Assembly: GCA_048882385.1 (NCBI GenBank)
Contig: JBHLRQ010000040.1
Span: 1-25,478, forward strand
DNA length: 25,478 nucleotides
Direction of reading: 5' to 3'
Source of the DNA: Candidatus Thorarchaeota archaeon
Lineage (GTDB): Archaea; Asgardarchaeota; Thorarchaeia; Thorarchaeales; Thorarchaeaceae
This document shows, piece by piece, positions 17,266 through 25,478 of the stretch. The notes beneath the pieces were generated by a model, which was given only the letters and a program-made list of their open reading frames with translations, made no database searches and was not told the DNA's origin. Each line of letters begins with the position of its first letter. The first letter of the stretch is position 1. The translations under genes were made by a program, and so were the position numbers.

Positions 17266-17735
17266 TACACATCACCTAGCTCCAATTTGAAAGTCCTACT
17301 ACCTGTCCAACCCTTGGCAACTGATGGGATGAGCCTGAGGACTGTGTGGTCGGGGTCATCGTATCCTGTTGGGTAATATCTCTCCCATCCATCATGCCAT
17401 ATTTCTCTCTTCAGGTCCAAGTCATTGACAATCTCAAATTCACCACCAAACATCACTCCCTGCGTAACATCTGGCTTACAGAAGTAGACTGAGGTTGCGG
17501 GTTTCGCTTGAATTTCTGCAACTTTAGTGGAAGATGTGTTGGTGGAGAACAGCATCATGAACTCATTGTGATGCTTGGCAAAAAGTGAACTCAACTTTGG
17601 GTACCGCTCCTTATTCCGAAGATTGAACATTGCTCTTGTCTGTGGGAATCCTCTTTCATCAACTGTTGACACGTATGCTGGCCATCCAGCTTCCAAAAGA
17701 TCCAAGCACATCTCTCTGATTTCATGTTCGTTCAA
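17265..17735 (-). CDS. Pyridoxamine 5'-phosphate oxidase-like FMN-binding split-barrel protein (general stress protein 26-like)
   Basis: YVSTVDERGFPQTRAM, STNTSSTKV, W..GWERYYP.GYDDPD. The probable start is TTG 17735 after GGAGG (track start is 17771). Confidence 0.85.
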   Translation of the reverse strand: MNEHEIREMCLDLLEAGWPAYVSTVDERGFPQTRAMFNLRNKERYPKLSSLFAKHHNEFMMLFSTNTSSTKVAEIQAKPATSVYFCKPDVTQGVMFGGEFEIVNDLDLKREIWHDGWERYYPTGYDDPDHTVLRLIPSVAKGWTGSRTFKLELGDV

Positions 17736-17865
17736 TATTGGCAACCTCCAATTGGTTCGGAACCTAATCAACTAGTTCGGTCCCTAACTAATATAGCTTT
17801 TGGTTCGGGTCGCTCATCTATACTTTTTCATGAAAGATCAATCTGTGATGAACATCTCTGAGCGA

Positions 17866-18029
17866 CTATTTACAAATACTATACTCTGTTGTGAAACACA
17901 GAGAATATGATCCAAGATTTGTCTGTCCCTCTTCTGACAGTGTGCTAACTAGTACCACTGGCATTAGGAAAAACTATTCGTTTGGCAAAAATTGTCTAGC
18001 ATGCGTATGTCTTCAAAATCGTGGGTCAT
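17866..18029 (-). pseudogene. Frameshifted, truncated N-terminal remnant of a flavin-reductase-like (split-barrel) gene
   Basis: ATG 18029 gives MTHDFEDIRMLDNFCQTNSFS*. Adding one T to the T5 run (17969-17973) continues as FLMPVVLVSTLSEEGQTNLGSYSLCFTTEYSICK*. PVVLVST..G.TNLG.YS resembles the first strands of the flavin reductase family. Confidence 0.62.
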
Positions 18030-18138
18030 GTAAGCCTAGGCTTCGTCTATGCAGTTGTCTAGGTCAATTGAGAAGCTGGTCCTGCTGGTGTTTGACACGG
18101 AAAGTTCTCTGATATAGCTATCTTGAACAAATGGTTTG

Positions 18139-18176
18139 AAAAAGAGGCTGAGGAGGTAGAAGGAGCCCACCTCCTC
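18139..18176 (-). terminator. Hairpin + T-tract terminator
   Basis: 8-bp stem GAGGAGGT/ACCTCCTC beginning 7 nt after the 18184 stop, followed on the minus strand by TTTTT. Confidence 0.65.
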
Positions 18177-18183
18177 TGGTGTA

Positions 18184-19131
18184 CTATTTTCTTCTGACGA
18201 GCACAATCGCAAGGATTACAATGATAGCAACGCCACCAATGATTCCCATAGTCATAGGATCAATAATGATGCCCGGTTCAGAGGGGAGAATTCCTAGTAT
18301 TGGGTCATACTCAAGAGTTTCATTGCCAAAGTTCTCGAAGGAGAGAAAGATTGCTTTACCGGAGTATTCCCCTGAGGCTTCCCCATAACTGGCTTTGACC
18401 TCCAGAGTGTTCTGAGCGGCAAGAGCAGTTTCGTTGTACTGGAAGTATCCGTTCTCAAACTGAAACTTAGTGCCATCTCTCTGGAACCCAGATGGATCAG
18501 TATCACCATGAGACTGTCCATGGGAACCCTCTGTAACTGTGTACATGAGTACTAAGAGTGAATCCTCATATGTCCAGTTCCAGCCAGCAATTGTCAAATC
18601 AAACTTGAACTCACCAGGAGTATCAAGGTACATGTGCACATTGACTTCCATGTCTATATCAAATGCTGGTAGATGGGGCAAACTTCCGTAGTCAACGCCA
18701 GTACCTGTTGGTCGAGGATCGAATGTAGCTTCTGTTGTGAAATTGAAATGAACTTCAGTAGTGTTTCCATCTTCTTCCACTGTTTCAAAGCCACTGAAAT
18801 CCCAACCAGTTGTTGGTAGTGCAAAGTGAGCACCAATCATTGTGTCTACGCCATTCTCATAGACACCATCTGTATTCGTGTCATTAGCCTCAAACATTCT
18901 GGCAAACATAACATGATAATCAACAGTCGGATTATTCGGGTCCCACCAATGAAAGTGCGGGGCTTGATCGTTTCCAGTGACTTTGATGGCAATTTCATCT
19001 GTTTCAAGTGATACTATACCAGCTGAGTACTGGTACAGAATTCCACTGCTCTGCGCGGCAGCAAGCGGCACTCCCAGCCCGATCATTGTAAGGGCAAAGA
19101 GTGCAAGTGCAGTTTTCTTGTAAAGGTTCAC
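18184..19131 (-). CDS. Secreted acidic single-pass surface protein of unknown function
   Basis: Signal peptide ending AAA|Q; DTNTDG (DxNxDG Ca-loop-like); KFDLTIAGWNW; LEYDPILG; C-terminal TM + RRK; GGTGA SD and TTAAATA box upstream. Confidence 0.88.
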   Translation of the reverse strand: MNLYKKTALALFALTMIGLGVPLAAAQSSGILYQYSAGIVSLETDEIAIKVTGNDQAPHFHWWDPNNPTVDYHVMFARMFEANDTNTDGVYENGVDTMIGAHFALPTTGWDFSGFETVEEDGNTTEVHFNFTTEATFDPRPTGTGVDYGSLPHLPAFDIDMEVNVHMYLDTPGEFKFDLTIAGWNWTYEDSLLVLMYTVTEGSHGQSHGDTDPSGFQRDGTKFQFENGYFQYNETALAAQNTLEVKASYGEASGEYSGKAIFLSFENFGNETLEYDPILGILPSEPGIIIDPMTMGIIGGVAIIVILAIVLVRRK

Positions 19132-19274
19132 TGAATCACCAAGATGTTTCTCGAATTTAGTATTTAATAGGAGTCTTAGATAGAGTGGGAAAAACTATGG
19201 ACGTAAAATCACTATAAACGCCCCAAAAAATGATAGAAGGTTTATGAATGCTTAATATTCTTGAAGGACCTCAA

Positions 19275-21278
19275 CTAGTTCTCAATCAACTCTCTTGCTT
19301 TGTTAACAATATTGTCAACTGTGAACCCGTATTTTTCAAATACAACTTTAACAGGCGCAGATGTTCCATACTTCTCTACTGAGTGCATAGTTCCTTCATC
19401 TCCAATCCATTTCTTCCACCCTTGAGAAACACCTGCTTCCACAGCCAAGCGTTTCTTGATTTCTGGTGGCAGGACAGAGGCTCGATAGTCTTGACTCTGT
19501 TGTTCAAACAGCTCCCAGCTTGGGAACGACACTAATCTCACATTGATTCCCTCAGTGAATAACCTCTCTCCGACTTCCACAATGAGTGGAACTTCCGAGC
19601 CTGATGCCATCAGAATGAGTTCTGGGTTTTTTCCAAGGTCTGCAAGTATGTATGCTCCTTTCTTTAGTCCTGAAGCAGGAGCATACTTGGTTCGATCTAA
19701 TATCGCAATCTTTTGTCGGGTCAATGCCATTAGTGTGGGTCTGTCAAAATTGGATATTGCAACCTTCCATGCTTCAGCTACCTCATTGGCATCCCCAGGT
19801 CGAATGACAGTAAGTCCAGGAATCGCTCGCAATGAAGCAAGATGTTCAACAGGTTGATGTGTTGGACCATCTTCACCTACACCTATACTGTCGTGCGTGA
19901 ATACCCAGATGCTTCTGTGTCTCGAAAGAGCAGAGAGTCGAATTGAAGGACGCATGTAGTCTGAGAACATGAGAAATGTTCCTGAGTATGGAATCATACC
20001 ACCATGTGCAGCTAGTCCGTTTATTGCTGCAGCCATCGCATGCTCACGTACGCCAAAATGGATATTGCGGCCTTCACGAGAGTCCGCCTGAAATGATGGA
20101 CTTCCTTCAATCCATGTTTTGTTTGAAGGAGTGAGGTCTGCAGATCCCCCAATCATTTCTGGTAGTTTTGAAGCTAATTTATTGATGACCTTTCCCGAAG
20201 CTGCTCTTGTTGCCATAGGTCCATCACTCGGTTGGAACTTGGGAAGGTCTGCATCCCAGTTATGTGTAAGTTCTCTCTTCATACGTCGACTAAACTCTGC
20301 AGCCTGTTCCGGATATTCCTTGGTATACTCTTCAAAGCGAGAGTTCCACTCCTCCTCAATCTTATCTCCTTGTTTTCCAATATTTCGGAAATGTTCGAGG
20401 ACTTCATCAGGGATGTAGAAATCTGGTTCGAGTGGCCAGTTGAACTTCTTTTTGGCACCAGTCAACTCTTCCTCGCCAGCAGGTTCACCGTGGGCTTTTG
20501 CTGTATCCTGTTTGGTAGGCAAACCATAACCAATATGGGTTCTTACAGAAATGAGTGAAGGTCTCGGATCATGTTTGGCCAGCTGAATCGCCCTGTCAAC
20601 AGCGTCTACGTCATTACCATCTTCTATCTTTTGTACATGCCATCCTAATGCTTCAAATCTGGCATTTCGGTTTTCTGTGAATGTAAGTTCTGTACTACCA
20701 TCAATGGATATATGATTGTCATCGTACAGCAATACGAGTTTACCCAAACGTAGATGTCCAGCAAGCGATGCTGCTTCAGACGAAAGTCCCTCCATGAGGT
20801 CTCCATCTGTAACTATTGCAAATATGTAGTGATCAACAATCTTGATTTTTGGTTTGTTGAATATTGCTGCTAGGTGTGCTTCTGCGATGGCCATGCCTAC
20901 TGCATTTCCAAATCCCTGACCAAGTGGACCGGTAGTCACCTCCACACCTGGTGTACAGAAGTTCTCAGGATGCCCAGGAGTCTTACAGCCTAGTTGGCGG
21001 AAATCCTTCAAATCTTCCAAAGTGACATCATATCCGGTGAGGTGAAGCAGAGAATAGAGAAGCATTGATCCATGACCTCCGGACAGTACAAACCGGTCAC
21101 GATCCCACCACCCAGGATTCTCTGGATTGAAACGCAGGTGTCTTGTCCACAGAGCATATGCCATTGCTGCAGCACCCATTGGCATACCAGGATGTCCTGA
21201 ATTGGCTCTCTGAATGGCATCAGCAGACAAAAACCGAATCGTATTGATTGCCAAATCTTGAAGTTTCGAATCAGACAT
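19275..21278 (-). CDS. tkt: Transketolase (single-chain, bacterial type)
   Basis: [48 protein letters not shown] (TPP-binding), [24 protein letters not shown]. Confidence 0.97.
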   Translation of the reverse strand: MSDSKLQDLAINTIRFLSADAIQRANSGHPGMPMGAAAMAYALWTRHLRFNPENPGWWDRDRFVLSGGHGSMLLYSLLHLTGYDVTLEDLKDFRQLGCKTPGHPENFCTPGVEVTTGPLGQGFGNAVGMAIAEAHLAAIFNKPKIKIVDHYIFAIVTDGDLMEGLSSEAASLAGHLRLGKLVLLYDDNHISIDGSTELTFTENRNARFEALGWHVQKIEDGNDVDAVDRAIQLAKHDPRPSLISVRTHIGYGLPTKQDTAKAHGEPAGEEELTGAKKKFNWPLEPDFYIPDEVLEHFRNIGKQGDKIEEEWNSRFEEYTKEYPEQAAEFSRRMKRELTHNWDADLPKFQPSDGPMATRAASGKVINKLASKLPEMIGGSADLTPSNKTWIEGSPSFQADSREGRNIHFGVREHAMAAAINGLAAHGGMIPYSGTFLMFSDYMRPSIRLSALSRHRSIWVFTHDSIGVGEDGPTHQPVEHLASLRAIPGLTVIRPGDANEVAEAWKVAISNFDRPTLMALTRQKIAILDRTKYAPASGLKKGAYILADLGKNPELILMASGSEVPLIVEVGERLFTEGINVRLVSFPSWELFEQQSQDYRASVLPPEIKKRLAVEAGVSQGWKKWIGDEGTMHSVEKYGTSAPVKVVFEKYGFTVDNIVNKARELIEN

Positions 21279-21291
21279 CTATGCTCTCTCC

Positions 21292-21351
21292 TTATCGGAA
21301 CGCAAACTCTTGGAAGACCAAGATGTTACTGACGACTAGTCGGTCTGACAC
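21292..21351 (-). CDS. Putative 19-aa upstream ORF/leader peptide before tkt
   Basis: AGGAGGT (21356-21362), then GTG: MSDRLVVSNILVFQEFAFR*. The TAA stop overlaps the tkt SD (TAAGGAG). Confidence 0.4.
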   Translation of the reverse strand: MSDRLVVSNILVFQEFAFR

Positions 21352-21382
21352 AACGACCTCCTATTGATTGTTGTGCTTCCAG

Positions 21383-21955
21383 TCAAGGACCAGTCCCGAT
21401 TGATGTACCGGGTGGATACGTTTCAAAGAACTCATCTTTGAGAATATCCATGATGATGAAGTCATGAAAAACTCCCTTCAAATAAGCTCCCTGTCTAAAA
21501 ACACCTGCACGTTTGAATCCTGCCTTCTCATAGGCTTTCTGAGCACGTTGATTGTCATCCAGTGTCAGCAGATTCACGCTATTTAGTCCCAAAATATGGA
21601 AAGCCACCCAAAGCATCACTCTAGTAGTATCAGTCCCATAACCCTTACCCATATTTTCGGGTTTATGAATCGCAATGCCAAACTCTGCTCGTTTGTGTTG
21701 TTTTGCAATATTAAACAGGCTTACTGAACCTAGAAACTCCCCCGATTTTTTATCTTCGATTGCCAGAATCATGCTTCCGTCCTTCCATGGGTCCAGAGTT
21801 GTTGCCCGTTCCAACCAATTTTGTTCTGCATGTCTTGACATTGGTATTTGGTTGTCCAGATATTGCCGAAGCTCTAGATTGTTCCAATGTTTCATTATGA
21901 TGTCAAGATCAGCCATCTCAAGCGCTCTTAGCTTGACTTTCTCTCCATAATACAT
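21383..21955 (-). CDS. GNAT acetyltransferase (RimJ/RimL/SpeG-like)
   Basis: VKLRALE, AEFGIAI, MGKGYG (AcCoA motif A), NQRAQKAYEKAGF. The probable start is ATG 21955 (MYYGEK); track start is 22015. Confidence 0.9.
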   Translation of the reverse strand: MYYGEKVKLRALEMADLDIIMKHWNNLELRQYLDNQIPMSRHAEQNWLERATTLDPWKDGSMILAIEDKKSGEFLGSVSLFNIAKQHKRAEFGIAIHKPENMGKGYGTDTTRVMLWVAFHILGLNSVNLLTLDDNQRAQKAYEKAGFKRAGVFRQGAYLKGVFHDFIIMDILKDEFFETYPPGTSIGTGP

Positions 21956-22049
21956 ACTTTGCATTCTACTGAATATGAAGATAAACATGTCCCAGAACAG
22001 CACAGTTCGATACACTCTTTATTCAATTGTAACTGAATTTTGGTGAAAT

Positions 22050-22667
22050 TTGGAGATCCATCAAATGAGTCCACGGAAAGAGTATTTTGATGAGCCAGTA
22101 GTACGAGTGGAAACTCTCAAAGCGCGATTTCCGAAAATATGCCCAGTTTGTGGTTCTCCAGCAACTAAGATTGTTCGAATGAAGATAACAACAGGTAGGA
22201 AGGAGTATCTGCGTCGTGAATGGGACCCAGCTTATAGTCCGTATGTACGAAGAAGATATGGTCCACAGCAACCAGAAATGAAGGTATTTCCTGTTCAAGT
22301 ATGTGACGACCATTCCAACCCTGATGCTGGAACTGATCGATACCAGTCTCTTTGTCTTGTGGTTGATGGCATTCTCATGGGATTCCTATTCTTCAGCCTT
22401 CTCTATTTAGGTGACCTACTCTGGAGAGGGCGACCTCTAACCTTCTGGCCATTTCTATTCATTGGACTATTTGCTCTGGCAATGGTCTTATCTGCAGTGG
22501 CATTCATGCCAAACGCGTTAGCCAGGGCAATCAGGATTGTGGGCTTCGATGCGGGGATGCAAAATGTACTGATTGCTTTCAAAGATGTTAGATATAGAGA
22601 TGAATTCATGCGTGAGAATCAGATGACCGCAGAGCTCATCAGGTGGATAATTAAGGGTGACAGTTAG
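22050..22667 (+). CDS. Hypothetical membrane protein with CPxC..CxxH zinc-ribbon-like N-domain and two TM helices
   Basis: FPKICPVCGSP, VCDDH, two hydrophobic helices, C-terminal FKDVRYRDEF. Start is TTG 22050 (after GGTGA) or ATG 22065. Confidence 0.8.
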   Translation: MEIHQMSPRKEYFDEPVVRVETLKARFPKICPVCGSPATKIVRMKITTGRKEYLRREWDPAYSPYVRRRYGPQQPEMKVFPVQVCDDHSNPDAGTDRYQSLCLVVDGILMGFLFFSLLYLGDLLWRGRPLTFWPFLFIGLFALAMVLSAVAFMPNALARAIRIVGFDAGMQNVLIAFKDVRYRDEFMRENQMTAELIRWIIKGDS

Positions 22668-22805
22668 AAGAAGTTGAATGCTGGCATAAAGGAGATATTT
22701 CTACTTAGGCGTGTTTTTAGTAACACGTTTCACGGTTTGCCACCTTTTAAAATCCCAAAGGAAACTTGTTGCAGCTATCCCGGAGAACTAAATAGAGAAG
22801 AAATT

Positions 22806-22841
22806 GTTGAAGGGCACTACTGAGAGTAGGCCCGTTTCAAC
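22806..22841. terminator. Long imperfect hairpin between convergent genes (probable terminator of sor)
   Basis: GTTGAA-GGGC-a-CTAC-tgaga-GTAG-GCCC-gt-TTCAAC, followed on the minus strand by a pyrimidine/T-rich tract. Confidence 0.6.
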
Positions 22842-22859
22842 TGTTATTATCAAGATATT

Positions 22860-23240
22860 CTAGAGTTCCAGTTCAGTTTCACTCTTCCAGAGACCGTGAA
22901 TATTACAATATGATGTAGCCATCAGGGTGCCTGATTTACCTGTCTTGAAGACAAACTTACCAACAGGTTCACTGTATATTCCACTTGTATCGGCTCCCTG
23001 TGCTGATTCACCATGGTGGTCGAATGTACAATAGCCAATCTCCACTGGGAACTTCTCTCCCTCAGGCCAGAAGAAAAGATCCATCCACTTGATATGGTGG
23101 GCTGTTGTGTTAGGATGAGCAATCTCCTTGCCAACAGTAACTTTGACAACGACTTTTCCATCCTCAATCTTCTTGATGTCAATTGCAGGTACGTGTTTTT
23201 CATTTTTCCAATCATCAGTCTGTATCCATTTTTTAGACAT
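22860..23240 (-). CDS. sor: 1Fe superoxide reductase (neelaredoxin-type)
   Basis: EKHVP, HPNTTAHHIKW and CNIHG iron ligands; no desulforedoxin domain. The probable start is ATG 23240 after GAGG (track start is 23351). Confidence 0.92.
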   Translation of the reverse strand: MSKKWIQTDDWKNEKHVPAIDIKKIEDGKVVVKVTVGKEIAHPNTTAHHIKWMDLFFWPEGEKFPVEIGYCTFDHHGESAQGADTSGIYSEPVGKFVFKTGKSGTLMATSYCNIHGLWKSETELEL

Positions 23241-23255
23241 TATTCCCAACCTCAT

Positions 23256-23347
23256 TATTGCAATATGCTGTATCTGATTAATCAGACTATGCATTGTAAG
23301 GTCTTGTACGTAGTTTGTTAAAAAAGTGCGGTTAAGACTGTTAACCG
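23256..23347. promoter_or_regulatory. Cluster of three perfect palindromes upstream of sor
   Basis: TATTGCAATA (23256-23265), TCTGATTAATCAGA (23273-23286), CGGTTAA-n5-TTAACCG (23329-23347). Confidence 0.5.
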
Positions 23348-23440
23348 TCAAAAATCAAAGCAACACTTACGTTCAGCCTCAAGGTTAAATACGTTCTATA
23401 TTGGGACAGCAGTGTCGCTGAAGTGGAAGGTGATTATGAA

Positions 23441-24001
23441 ATGGAAATGGAGTACTTTCGTCCAGCAGGGAAGAACTCAGCAGTCAATCTGGCTCTTCTC
23501 GCTATTTTCACTGCACTAACTACAATCTTGACTCTGGCTATCAGAATTCCTTATCCTGGAACAGGTGGATACTTCAACCTAGGAGATGTTATGGTGATGC
23601 TTGGTGGACTTCTTCTGGGACCCGTTGGTGGTTTCTTTGTAGGCGGAGTCGGATCAGCGATTGCAGATATGATTGGTTTTCCTGTCTTTGCTCCAATTAC
23701 CCTAGTAGTGAAGGGTCTTGAAGGAATGGCTGTGGGATATCTGGGTTCCAGAGTAAGAGGTTCCACTAAGGTGAATAGACTCGATGTCATTGCCGTGATT
23801 GTGGGAGCATTGATAATGCTTGCAGGCTATTTCATAGGCGAATATTTCATGTTTGGCTTTGCAATAGCATTTGGTGAACTAATCACAATAAACTGGGTGC
23901 AGGTCACAATTGGAGGTCTTGTCACACTCCTAATTGGTCCCACTATTCGTTCATACCTTCGGACAATCAACTATGGCGAAATGGAACCTGAAGAACAGTA
24001 A
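23441..24001 (+). CDS. ECF transporter S-component (stand-alone)
   Basis: AIFTALT, IPYPGTGGYFNLGD, GSAIAD, APITLVVKGLEG; 5-6 TM helices. GGTGA precedes ATG 23441. Confidence 0.88.
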   Translation: MEMEYFRPAGKNSAVNLALLAIFTALTTILTLAIRIPYPGTGGYFNLGDVMVMLGGLLLGPVGGFFVGGVGSAIADMIGFPVFAPITLVVKGLEGMAVGYLGSRVRGSTKVNRLDVIAVIVGALIMLAGYFIGEYFMFGFAIAFGELITINWVQVTIGGLVTLLIGPTIRSYLRTINYGEMEPEEQ

Positions 24002-24084
24002 TTTTCGTTGCAATCGTTTTTTAGGATGTAGTATATTCTCATCTCTTGAGGCAGAGTATCATCGGATTATAGGAAGGCAAAGCT

Positions 24085-25365
24085 ATGGCTGAAAGGAACA
24101 AACTCAAAATTGATCAAGCAAGACTGGTCGAGATCAACGATTTCCTTCTTCGTGACGATAATCCTCTTGTGGGTGGTCTTCTCGAAGTCATTGAAAAATA
24201 CGGTGGAGTAGAAGAAATCAATAGGCAAGCAATCGAAGCTACAAAGCTTGAGAATCTCCTTGCAATTCTGGATTCAAAAAATTCGCCATATGTAAAGGAT
24301 TTACAATGGCTCCAAGAACAACGAGACAATGATGCATTCATCTCAATACCTGCCTATCGTCGAAAAATAATGGGAGATAAAGCTGATAGCACCACGTTTG
24401 ACGAGAGCTTTGCAGTCACATTAGAGATCAGTGCATGTCAATATTTTCCCTGGTTGATTGAAGAATCAAAACAATCCATTGAGAAGGGCGAATTAATGCC
24501 TGGACGGTTTATCCGCGTTCGAAACATGGCTGAACAGACAGCAGATGACCAAGTCATTGCTTTTGCCGCAGGCATGCAGATTACAGGTTCATCCTATGTT
24601 GAAACACTCGACACAAAGGGAACTTTTCCCGGTCCTGATGGTGCACCTGTTAATATTCACCTTGGAGGTCCTGATACAATCACTGGATACTTTGGTGGAG
24701 TTGGTATGCCCAATGATTTTCCATTGAAATGGGCTGATGAGTACCTGAACTATTTCACTAAGTATGGTGTGAAACAAGTACTCAATATCAACCCAGGAAG
24801 CGTACTAGTTGGATACATGATGCATAAACTTGGAATCGATATGGAGTTTAAGATATCCGTCTTTATGGGTAATGATAATCCCTTTGCATGCCTTTGGACA
24901 CTTTTGACAGCTAAGCTATTTAGTCGAGAGGATGGGACAAGCCCCTTGATAGGTTTCAATCTCTCTAATAGTGTAAACAATGAAACTCTGGAACTCGCGG
25001 CTTACATCCGAGAGGATTTTGGATTTGAGGATGTCGTCAGACTTGAACATCACATCACTGAAACTTACAAGAGTATAGTGCGACAACCCTATGATAGGCT
25101 ACCAGAACTTCTTGAGATTGCTGACCAAGTGAAAAACATTAGTGCCAAACATGAGGGCGGAGTTCCTGAGATTGATTCACAACGAGAGCACCCTAGCGAC
25201 ATCTTGGACTATTTCAGACCGAAAGCTGAGATTATAGAGCAAAACCACATGCCACTCCTCACTCAGAACTATCTTGACAAACATAATGCGCTTAACCGAA
25301 CGGCAGCGGAATTGACCAAACGAGGTCTTACGTTTATTGCCGCAGAAAAGCTGCATAAGAACTAG
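24085..25365 (+). CDS. Conserved hypothetical soluble protein (enzyme-like alpha/beta)
   Basis: 426-aa ORF with motif-like blocks LEISACQYFP, PGRFIRVR, ETLDTKG, HLGGPDTITGYFGG, KISVFMGNDN, EHHITE, SAKHEGG. I cannot assign a family. Confidence 0.85.
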   Translation: MAERNKLKIDQARLVEINDFLLRDDNPLVGGLLEVIEKYGGVEEINRQAIEATKLENLLAILDSKNSPYVKDLQWLQEQRDNDAFISIPAYRRKIMGDKADSTTFDESFAVTLEISACQYFPWLIEESKQSIEKGELMPGRFIRVRNMAEQTADDQVIAFAAGMQITGSSYVETLDTKGTFPGPDGAPVNIHLGGPDTITGYFGGVGMPNDFPLKWADEYLNYFTKYGVKQVLNINPGSVLVGYMMHKLGIDMEFKISVFMGNDNPFACLWTLLTAKLFSREDGTSPLIGFNLSNSVNNETLELAAYIREDFGFEDVVRLEHHITETYKSIVRQPYDRLPELLEIADQVKNISAKHEGGVPEIDSQREHPSDILDYFRPKAEIIEQNHMPLLTQNYLDKHNALNRTAAELTKRGLTFIAAEKLHKN

Positions 25366-25388
25366 TATCAGCTTTAGCAAAAGATAGA

Positions 25389-25416
25389 GTGGGAGAACCT
25401 TCTTTGGTTCTCTCAC
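25389..25416. terminator. 11-bp hairpin between convergent genes
   Basis: GTGGGAGAACC-ttcttt-GGTTCTCTCAC (one G-U pair). Overlaps the stop of the right-edge gene. Confidence 0.6.
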
Positions 25417-25478
25417 ATATCTGGCTGAAAGACATCATCATACATATTCTGCAATCTGGCCTTGTGCATATCCTCTTC
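25413..25478 (-). CDS. 3' end of a ferritin-like/rubrerythrin-family protein (partial)
   Basis: Minus strand reads EEDMHKARLQNMYDDVFQPDM*, an ExxH diiron-type motif in a terminal helix. Not in the ORF track. Confidence 0.6.
   Translation of the reverse strand, partial: EEDMHKARLQNMYDDVFQPDM

Noticed and set aside
17891-18112. Plus-strand Cys-rich 73-aa ORF
   Set aside because: No SD and irregular Cys spacing. The opposite strand carries a recognisable gene remnant.
22806-22841. Hairpin after sor as a SECIS element (selenoprotein recoding)
   Set aside because: The SOR ligand is a normal Cys codon (CNIHG). I saw no gene with a plausible in-frame TGA, and the GAA is paired in the stem.

Overview
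This 25.5 kb window is gene-dense, moderately AT-rich and archaeal in style: TTAAA/TTATA promoter boxes, GGAGG/GGTGA Shine-Dalgarno motifs and frequent TTG/GTG starts. A Rab-like small GTPase points to an Asgard archaeon, possibly Thorarchaeia (inference). The larger genes encode a DUF4062-STAND NTPase-TPR protein, three single-pass surface proteins (Asp-box propeller, Cys-nucleophile Ntn-hydrolase, unknown), an MFS permease and a ubiquitin-like fold lacking GG. There are also two metallo-beta-lactamase-fold proteins, a Rab-like GTPase with a coiled-coil tail, an acyl-CoA synthetase and a class II ribonucleotide reductase. The rest are an FMN-split-barrel/MarR/RNase Z-like operon, a single-chain transketolase, a GNAT, a superoxide reductase, a lone ECF S-component and a conserved unknown protein. 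I saw no rRNA, tRNA, CRISPR array or transposase. The most interesting signal lies in the apparent intergenic gaps, below the ORF track's ~60-aa cutoff. These hold a 26-29 aa Asp/Glu/Trp micropeptide (..EDWDDDEWDDNDW) resembling eukaryotic acidic-Trp motifs, two Cys/His microproteins, a 19-aa upstream ORF before transketolase and a frameshifted gene remnant. All family calls come from motif recognition by eye; no searches were run.
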